Origin: a virus
Lineage: Duplodnaviria; Caudoviricetes
Length of the DNA: 62,355 bases
Strand: one strand, 5' to 3'
Virus record (IMG/VR): IMGVR_UViG_3300009499_000010
Location: 1-62,355 of that record
Shown: one piece after another, positions 56,039 to 62,355 of the stretch
Layout: each line of letters opens with the position of its first letter
How positions within the stretch are numbered: the stretch's first letter is position 1
Made by a program: the position numbers and the translations under genes
The notes under the pieces: model-generated
What the model was told of the DNA's origin: nothing
Seen by the model: only the letters and a program-made list of their open reading frames with translations
Databases searched by the model: none

Positions 56039-58411
56039 ATGTTTCAGCCAGATTTGAGAACAGTAAAAACCTTTGAAGCCGTCTTGGAGAAAACTGGGAA
56101 ACTCGTGACGGCTGATTCAAGTTTGAGGATGCGCATTAATCCTTCTGGGGTAAACTGCCTGGTATGCTATCAGAATAAGTACATTGAGCTTGGTTCACGA
56201 CTTCTCTGCTGTAGGGCAACGTCAACTGGCGAGTTCCTTGTGCTGGCGAAAGGTGCGCTGTACCACGAAGTCGCTCATTGGTTATTCTCTCCGCATGATT
56301 GTGCCGGATGGCATGCGGGATTTGACATGATTGAGATATTAGTCTCTCGTTGTCTTGAGGACTGCCGGATTGAGACGTGGTTTGCTATGGCATACAAGAA
56401 GAGCATTGATTATTTCTACCTCCTGAATATGGCCTATATCTTCCCTGGTTTTGCGGAAGCAAAGGACTTTGCCGGAGAGGCAGAAATGTTCATGCTGACG
56501 TATGGCAGGAAGTTCCTGCCCAAGCAGCTCATCAAACAGTCGTTGAAGTTTTCTTGGGTCACAAAAGAGATGCGCAAGCTTGTGGATGAGTACGTCAAAT
56601 CTGATTATCAAACGGATGGACAACGCATGCGCGGCAATATCAAGAAACTCGCTGCTCTGCTCAAAGCTGAACGCACAAAGAAGGAGATTCAGAAAGGCAA
56701 TCAGCAGCCGCTCAATGGAATCAAGAACAAAGGCGCTGACGAAGGCCAAAGCGGGGAGGGCGCAGCCAAGGCAGCACAGAAGAAAGCCATGGGCGGCAAG
56801 CAAAGGTCTGAAGTCAAGCAAGTACTGAACGATGGCATCGAAGAGCAGAACAAAGAAGTTGACAAGGAACTTGAGAAGGAGAAGAAAGAAGAAGAGAAGA
56901 AGGGCAAGAAGGAGAAGGGCAAGAAAGAGAAAGGCCAGAAAGACTCGGAAGAAGAAGAGACAGAAGAAGAGGAAAGCGAGTCAGGCAGTTCTGGCAACAG
57001 CGAGTATGACGATGATGATGAAGAAGAGTCTGATGAAGAGACAGAAGAGTCTGATGAAGAGACAGAAGAGTCTGATGAAGAGACAGAAGAGTCTGATGAA
57101 GAGACAGAAGAGGAAGAAGAGACAGAAGAGGAAGAAGAGGGCAATGAAGAAGGCGATTGGTCAGAAGGTGGCTGGGGAGAAAGCGATGAAGAGGAAAAGG
57201 AAAGCAACGGCTGTGGTGATGAAGAAGGCAATGAGGGAGAGGGCGCTGGGTCAGGAGAAGGAGAAGGGTCAGGAGAAGGAGAAGGGTCAGGAGAAGGAGA
57301 AGGGTCAGGAGAAGGCAAAGAAGGAACTGAAAGCGCTGGAGCGCAGAGTGGCGATGGAAAATCCTCAGACGGTCTCACGGCTGACAAAGATTCTTTGAGC
57401 GCTCAAAGAAAGTCAACTGGCGTTGGCGGTGGCGGTCAAATAGACCTTTCGGATTTGACAGAAGAGATAGCCAACCGTGCCGAAGATGAGACCCTCAACG
57501 AGTTCAAGAATCAGCAGAAGAGTCACGCCAGGCAAGAGAAAGGAGAGGGCAACCTAAGTTCTTATGCTGGCGTGAAGGGAAGGCTGAAGGATGGAGAGGT
57601 CACAAGCAAGGCACTCCGGCTGACGCAATTCCTGAAAGGTATGGATTCGCTGGAGGTCAGGGAGATAAAAGGCAAGCGCAGAGGCAGCATTGATATTGCC
57701 AGACTTCATAAAGTTCATCATTCGACAAAAATCTTCAAGAAGTCGATGAGAACTTATGGCAATGTCGTGAACATCGGGATACTTATTGATGTCTCAGGTT
57801 CGATGGGGCATTTGATTCCTGACGTTGTTGACGCAGCGAAGATTCTGTACAAGGCTGGAGCGATGTGTAAGCACAAGATAACCATCCGAGCATTTGGAGA
57901 AGGTCAGCAGGTCGTGTTCCAAGGATTCTTCAGCAACAAGCGCTGGACAGACCAGAAAGGAGTTACAGTTGGCGGCGGCAACACGATAATTTATGAAGCG
58001 CTGAGGGACTTTGCCGCTGACTTTGCGGATGTCAAGGGCAAGAAGATTCTCTTCATAATCTCTGACGGTCAAATCGCAACTTACTTCCATGACTTCGACA
58101 GGAGAGGCAGATACGGTCGTGGCAAGTCAGACTTGGACTACAATGAAGAGCACGAGATTTGGAAAGCATGCATGGCTGGCGTGGTCAAGGATTTGAAAGC
58201 TGCTGTGGTTGACGTTCAGTACCTCTGTGTTGACGACTATGATGCGCAAAGACGTGATGCGCTTTCTCCGCTCAGCCCAAACGCGGACTCAGGGAAATTA
58301 GGAGCTTGGCTGCCCGCAACGCAGCCTCTTGACTCTTCAGAAGCAAGACAGAATCCGAATTGGTTCAGCGATGTAGTCAAAGAGGCATTGAAGGTCGCAC
58401 GGTTCAGTTAG
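56039..58411 (+). CDS. CobT-like partner: HExxH metallopeptidase-like domain, acidic linker, vWA domain
   Basis: HEVAH...LEDCRIE; MIDAS DVSGS, GGNT, ISDG. Confidence 0.85.
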   Translation: MFQPDLRTVKTFEAVLEKTGKLVTADSSLRMRINPSGVNCLVCYQNKYIELGSRLLCCRATSTGEFLVLAKGALYHEVAHWLFSPHDCAGWHAGFDMIEILVSRCLEDCRIETWFAMAYKKSIDYFYLLNMAYIFPGFAEAKDFAGEAEMFMLTYGRKFLPKQLIKQSLKFSWVTKEMRKLVDEYVKSDYQTDGQRMRGNIKKLAALLKAERTKKEIQKGNQQPLNGIKNKGADEGQSGEGAAKAAQKKAMGGKQRSEVKQVLNDGIEEQNKEVDKELEKEKKEEEKKGKKEKGKKEKGQKDSEEEETEEEESESGSSGNSEYDDDDEEESDEETEESDEETEESDEETEESDEETEEEEETEEEEEGNEEGDWSEGGWGESDEEEKESNGCGDEEGNEGEGAGSGEGEGSGEGEGSGEGEGSGEGKEGTESAGAQSGDGKSSDGLTADKDSLSAQRKSTGVGGGGQIDLSDLTEEIANRAEDETLNEFKNQQKSHARQEKGEGNLSSYAGVKGRLKDGEVTSKALRLTQFLKGMDSLEVREIKGKRRGSIDIARLHKVHHSTKIFKKSMRTYGNVVNIGILIDVSGSMGHLIPDVVDAAKILYKAGAMCKHKITIRAFGEGQQVVFQGFFSNKRWTDQKGVTVGGGNTIIYEALRDFAADFADVKGKKILFIISDGQIATYFHDFDRRGRYGRGKSDLDYNEEHEIWKACMAGVVKDLKAAVVDVQYLCVDDYDAQRRDALSPLSPNADSGKLGAWLPATQPLDSSEARQNPNWFSDVVKEALKVARFS
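57023..57315 (+). repeat. In-frame tandem repeats: 21 bp x4 (EESDEET) and 18 bp x3.8 (GSGEGE)
   Basis: gaagagtctgatgaagagaca at 57023-57106; gggtcaggagaaggagaa at 57248-57315. Confidence 0.9.
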
Positions 58412-58424
58412 AAGGAGTTGTCAA

Positions 58425-58865
58425 ATGATTATTGGTTTCACAGGCACGAGCAATGGCATGACGCAGCAGCAAAAACGCTCCGTCAAAAAGCTGCTACGTG
58501 AATTGAAGCCAAGCGAGTTCCACCATGGGGATTGTGTTGGTGCGGATGAACAAGCGCATAAGTTTGTGCTCAGGTTTGGAAGTATTAAGACGATTGTTCA
58601 TCCGCCACTCAACGAAAAGGCGAGAGCTTTTGTTCACAAGAAGTATGGCGCAAGTGAAGTCCTTGAACCAAAGGAATATCTGGAGCGCAACAAGGACATT
58701 GTGACTGCTTGTGACACACTCGTTGCCACACCCAAGGGCAGCCAACCCAGAAAGGAGATAAGGTCAGGAACTTGGGCAACTATCCGAGAGGGCGTGAAGC
58801 AGGGCAAGAAAATAAGAATTGTTCTGCCAGATGGAGATGTAGTTGACGAGATTTGGCTTGAGTAG
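58425..58865 (+). CDS. SLOG-superfamily (DprA/YspA-like) protein
   Basis: GFTG, HGDCVGAD, RNKDIV, SGTWAT. Confidence 0.75.
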   Translation: MIIGFTGTSNGMTQQQKRSVKKLLRELKPSEFHHGDCVGADEQAHKFVLRFGSIKTIVHPPLNEKARAFVHKKYGASEVLEPKEYLERNKDIVTACDTLVATPKGSQPRKEIRSGTWATIREGVKQGKKIRIVLPDGDVVDEIWLE

Positions 58866-58884
58866 AAAGAAGGGAGAGACGGCA

Positions 58885-59082
58885 ATGGCTAAGAAGGAGA
58901 GGCCAGTTTGTGTTCTGGTTGGACAGGACGGGAATGTTTTCAATGTTATCGGGAGAGTCTCAGCGACGCTCAAAAGGGCTGGATTGCAGAAAGAAGCTGA
59001 AGAGTTTCAGAAGCAAGCCTTTGAGCAGGAATCATATGATGCCGTTTTGAAGCTGTGTTCCGAGTATGTTTCAGTTCAATAG
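58885..59082 (+). CDS. Small phage protein (LVGQDGNVFNVIG...SYD)
   Basis: RBS motif before ATG 58885. Confidence 0.7.
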   Translation: MAKKERPVCVLVGQDGNVFNVIGRVSATLKRAGLQKEAEEFQKQAFEQESYDAVLKLCSEYVSVQ

Positions 59083-59109
59083 AATCTTGAGCCAGAAGGG
59101 AGAGACGGA

Positions 59110-59757
59110 ATGGCTGAGTTGAAAGAGGATTCAAAGAAGGCAATAAAAGAGTTGGCTGACATACTCGCAAAATTCGGAGAGAATTGGGCAGAGTATCCAG
59201 AGATGGAAGAGAATGAGGTGTTCATTACGCAGCTTGGCGAATGGGTTGCTGCTCATTCGTTGCTGGGGCATCTTGTTGTGCTTGGGGCGTTTGGCCATGA
59301 ACCGGAGAAAGGAGAGGGCAATGACGTGGGAAGAGAAAGCGAGAAGGCAGAAGAGACTGAGCGAGAAGGAGAAGGAGCATCATCAGCCGCAGGAGAGAAG
59401 GCAAAGCCGGAAGGAGAAGAAGGAGCAGGAGAAGTTCAACCTGCTGCTGAGGGAGAAGGTGATGAACCAACTGCTGAGCAGTTGAGTGAAGCGCAAGCGC
59501 TCGTGGCAAAGCTCAACGAAATCTATGTCGCAGCTGACAATCTCCACGACAAGATTTCCGAATTGAGCGAGTATGCCAAAGACGAAATTCCTGAATGGCT
59601 TGAGGAGCACGATAGTCCATGCGGCACAAATTCAATGAGATTCTATATTGAAGACCAACTCTCAGAAGCAGAAGGTGCTTCAGATGATTTGATGGATGGC
59701 TGTAAGAATCTATCCAACGAAGTTGGAGAATTCCTTGAGGATTATGAAGGCGAGTAA
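59110..59757 (+). CDS. Highly acidic protein
   Basis: RBS motif; Glu/Asp-rich throughout. Confidence 0.7.
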   Translation: MAELKEDSKKAIKELADILAKFGENWAEYPEMEENEVFITQLGEWVAAHSLLGHLVVLGAFGHEPEKGEGNDVGRESEKAEETEREGEGASSAAGEKAKPEGEEGAGEVQPAAEGEGDEPTAEQLSEAQALVAKLNEIYVAADNLHDKISELSEYAKDEIPEWLEEHDSPCGTNSMRFYIEDQLSEAEGASDDLMDGCKNLSNEVGEFLEDYEGE

Positions 59758-59772
59758 GAAAGGAGAGGGCAG

Positions 59773-60180
59773 ATGATAGGTCAGGCATGGACTCCTGATA
59801 GGGAGAGAGGCTACAATCTCAGATGTACGAATTGCGGAAGGCCCACAGCAAAGAAAACAAAGACGTGTAAAGAAGCAGGGCTTTGCAAGCATTGCGTTCA
59901 GGAAATTCTGCTCAAGGGCAGGTTTACTCTCTACACAGATTTCAAGACAGGAGAGACAATAAAAGGCTCACCGAATTTTGGCATTATATCGGAAGATGGC
60001 GTGAAGAGAAAGCCAAGAAGAAGGATAGCCATCAGAAAGTCAAGAGCAAGAGAGAGGGAAGTTATAAGGACTCCAAGGGTCAGAAGAAAGCCAAGAGTGC
60101 GAAGAGCAAAAGAGGTCGATGCGGCTTTCAAGGAGAAGGCTGGCGTGGTCGAAGAAACACTGAAAGAGTTAGGCCAGTAA
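59773..60180 (+). CDS. Zinc-finger protein with Arg-rich tail
   Basis: CTNCG...CKHC; RBS motif. Confidence 0.7.
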   Translation: MIGQAWTPDRERGYNLRCTNCGRPTAKKTKTCKEAGLCKHCVQEILLKGRFTLYTDFKTGETIKGSPNFGIISEDGVKRKPRRRIAIRKSRAREREVIRTPRVRRKPRVRRAKEVDAAFKEKAGVVEETLKELGQ

Positions 60181-60299
60181 GTTGGTTAAGGAGTGGTGAG
60201 AATTGGCGAGAAGGCCAGACAATTCGACAGCTGGGGTAAGAACACAGTTGAGGGAGAAAAGCCGGGAAGAAGGCCCGGAGAGCCCATTTCAGCCTTGGG

Positions 60300-60333
60300 C
60301 TAATCAGGCGCGAAACACTGGAAATTTGGCCAG
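60300..60333. repeat. Right arm of long-range 34-bp inverted repeat
   Basis: Reverse complement of 46976-47009. Confidence 0.92.
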
Positions 60334-60749
60334 AATCTTGGTTCTAAGGCCATCATTCAGGTGGGGGCTGTATAGGAACACCTATTGGCGAATCAGCTGT
60401 GCAGGAGCCCACGAAAAAATACCAATCATGCGGGTGGTAATTAGCTGATGAAAGGAGAGGGAGTGAAGGAGAGGGAAGAAATTGAGGCTGGGGTCAAAAG
60501 AGGGAAGCTCATCAACGGCGAGTTGACATGGGAGAGTTGGGAAGGCTACCCCAACGGAATTGGCGAGAAGGTCTATGCGCGTTGCGTTGAACTGAACGTC
60601 TTTGCTGGGCCGTGCTCTTCTGAGGCAGTTGCGATTCATTCTCTTGCCCTGGCAACTTTGGGTAGACTTGAGCAGTTGGGATTCCAAAACTCAATTCAAT
60701 ATTTCCGTGCTGTGCATTTGACCCAAATGGCAAAGAGAGGGTAAAAGCG

Positions 60750-61283
60750 ATGCTATTTGAACACGATGAAATTAACTCGATGGCCAAGTGGTTTGTCTCA
60801 ACTGTAGGAGCATGTGACCAATGGCAGGATTTTGCGCAAGAAGCGCACTTGTTGCTCTTGAAAAAGAGGGAGCTAATCAACTCAATCGTAGGAAGTCGAA
60901 AGGGCTATGCTGCTCAGATGATATGGAACCATTGGAAGAAGTTGAGACCAAGAATTGCTTACATCGGGTCAGAGATAGCTTTCTACAAAGAGGAGTCTCA
61001 CGAGATGTCAGACTTATTCTATGAGCTGGCAATCCAACATCTCCAAGTTATGCTCTCGATGCGAGCAAGACTTGTTCTCCGAGAGCTTATCAACCCATCA
61101 GGTCAGTTGCTGATATTGCTGCGACATGCCGAGTTGAGAAAGAAAAGAGTCAAGCACAGACCGATTGTGCCGTTGTTATCTGCGGTGAGCCAGGCAGTTG
61201 GTTTCAAAATTTCCGAATTTGTAAAAGAGATACAAGACAAAGTTAGTGATGTTGCCTGTCAGGTTAGTTTTGTGTCTCAGTAG
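60750..61283 (+). CDS. Sigma70/ECF region-2-like protein
   Basis: DFAQEA.L.L and YA...IWN resemble sigma region 2; region 4 divergent. Confidence 0.45.
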   Translation: MLFEHDEINSMAKWFVSTVGACDQWQDFAQEAHLLLLKKRELINSIVGSRKGYAAQMIWNHWKKLRPRIAYIGSEIAFYKEESHEMSDLFYELAIQHLQVMLSMRARLVLRELINPSGQLLILLRHAELRKKRVKHRPIVPLLSAVSQAVGFKISEFVKEIQDKVSDVACQVSFVSQ

Positions 61284-61289
61284 AGACGA

Positions 61290-61309
61290 CATATACTTAT
61301 AAGTATATG
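61290..61309. promoter_or_regulatory. Perfect 20-bp palindrome in AT-rich intergenic region
   Basis: CATATACTTATAAGTATATG. Confidence 0.7.
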
Positions 61310-61416
61310 GAGTATATTAATGAGTAAGAGTATTAAGAAGTTAAGTTAGAAGGAAGAAAAAGACTGATAAGATGTTTAAGTAGTGAGGGCAAACAGTTGT
61401 CGAAAGGAGAGGGGAG

Positions 61417-61677
61417 ATGGGAGAGAAGATTCCCAAAGATTGGGAAGCTCAGGCATACCGTAAGGATTTTGTGTTCGATTCATCTGAAGCTGCTGCGAAG
61501 TTCTGCTTGGGCGTGTCCGATAGATTCAAGAATATAATTTATGGGAGGGATGTTAGTTGTTCTTCCTGGAAAGTGTGGCAGAAAAAGTATCACGTCCACG
61601 TGAGTGGCGTAAGAACAATACAGGAATGTTTGATAGTTGAGTCTGTTTACAAAGATTTTAACTTACAAAGCTATTGA
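61417..61677 (+). CDS. Hypothetical protein
   Basis: GAAAGGAGAG RBS. Confidence 0.65.
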   Translation: MGEKIPKDWEAQAYRKDFVFDSSEAAAKFCLGVSDRFKNIIYGRDVSCSSWKVWQKKYHVHVSGVRTIQECLIVESVYKDFNLQSY

Positions 61678-61699
61678 CGATTGACGAAAGGAGAGATGG

Positions 61700-62146
61700 A
61701 TGAAACAAAATGCACTCAATAGCGAGTGGGACTGGCTAATACAGTTCAGCGAGAAAGAAGAAGAGGCATTGGTTGTGGTTAAAGGCAGTGAGCCAATGGC
61801 AGGAGACACCATCATTGCCACCGCAGCAAACCAAGCAACAGCTGAAACAATAGCTGAGGAGCACAACATTTCAATCAAGTTACTGCCAGGAGAGATGCCG
61901 GAGTTATTGAAAGAGGAGCTACAAAGCAATTCAACAATTCTGGCAAGTTTGAGATGGGCGCTGAAGATGTTCAATGAGACTCTCAAAACTTCCGAGAACA
62001 GCCCGCTGGCTGCTTTGCGTGATGCCATCGGACTGGAAGCTGTTGTTTGGATTCTCTTTGGTCATGATTCAAAACTTGGCAAGTGGATAGAGGCACAAAA
62101 GTTGATTTTGGCTCGGAAAGCTGGAGCGATGTTTGCGGGCAAGTAG
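61700..62146 (+). CDS. Hypothetical protein
   Basis: GAAAGGAGAG RBS. Confidence 0.65.
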   Translation: MKQNALNSEWDWLIQFSEKEEEALVVVKGSEPMAGDTIIATAANQATAETIAEEHNISIKLLPGEMPELLKEELQSNSTILASLRWALKMFNETLKTSENSPLAALRDAIGLEAVVWILFGHDSKLGKWIEAQKLILARKAGAMFAGK

Positions 62147-62160
62147 AAAGGAGAGGGTAA

Positions 62161-62355
62161 GTGAATAGAGCAGAAGGTTTACAACTCGCTGACGGAGTCA
62201 CACCAGTATGCGCTTGGACTGGCGCCAATGGCGAATATGTTGGCGTGCTTGTCGAAGTCGTTGGAAGGCATGGGCCGTGGCGTGGCAAAATCAAGATTCT
62301 TGGGTGTCTCAAGCCAGCATCTTTTGATTACATCAAGCTTCAGAAAGGGCAGGAA
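62161..62355 (+). CDS. Hypothetical protein, truncated by window end
   Basis: GAAAGGAGAG RBS, GTG start, open to the edge. Confidence 0.6.
   Translation, partial: MNRAEGLQLADGVTPVCAWTGANGEYVGVLVEVVGRHGPWRGKIKILGCLKPASFDYIKLQKGQE

Noticed and set aside
56701-57398. Ser-rich minus-strand and Lys/Arg-rich alternative-frame ORFs
   Set aside because: By-products of the low-complexity repeats in the vWA gene
61290-61309. Protelomerase (tel) site
   Set aside because: Shorter than known tel palindromes and no protelomerase gene recognised
1-62355. Stop-codon reassignment or integrated prophage boundaries
   Set aside because: Core genes are intact in the standard code with all three stops used; no integrase, att pair or host genes recognised

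Overview
The window reads as a large part (probably most) of a tailed bacterial dsDNA phage genome with a siphovirus-like layout. Almost all genes are on the + strand with strong AAAGGAG-type ribosome-binding sites. Order: an iteron-like repeat array (1-123); small accessory genes including a cytidine deaminase, a PD-(D/E)xK-like nuclease and a lone minus-strand NUMOD3/Vsr-like endonuclease; a largely non-coding, structured region (about 7.5-10.5 kb) containing a 77-nt tmRNA-like RNA without a message domain; terminase, portal, MuF-ADP-ribosyltransferase, a 1745-aa multi-enzyme protein and a protease-scaffold-capsid fusion; neck and tail genes with a -1 frameshift chaperone, a short tape measure and several receptor-binding paralogs; a lysis-like cassette with no recognisable endolysin; a replication module (SF2 helicase, PAPS-reductase family, DnaB-like helicase, primase); and an early operon (MoxR-type AAA+, HExxH-vWA partner, SLOG protein, sigma-like protein). 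No integrase, DNA polymerase or reverse transcriptase was recognised, and the last ORF runs off the edge. The best candidates for novelty are: (1) a head-module polyprotein (NTase, ATP-dependent ligase, MBL hydrolase, ASCH-like, MTase, LigD-type phosphoesterase) whose domain junctions carry hydrophobic-X-Glu motifs like those in the capsid precursor; (2) a tRNA-like-domain-only mini-tmRNA next to an inverted-repeat-flanked gene; (3) a roughly 95-aa domain inserted five times into three different virion proteins. All family calls come from motif recognition by eye; no database searches were run.
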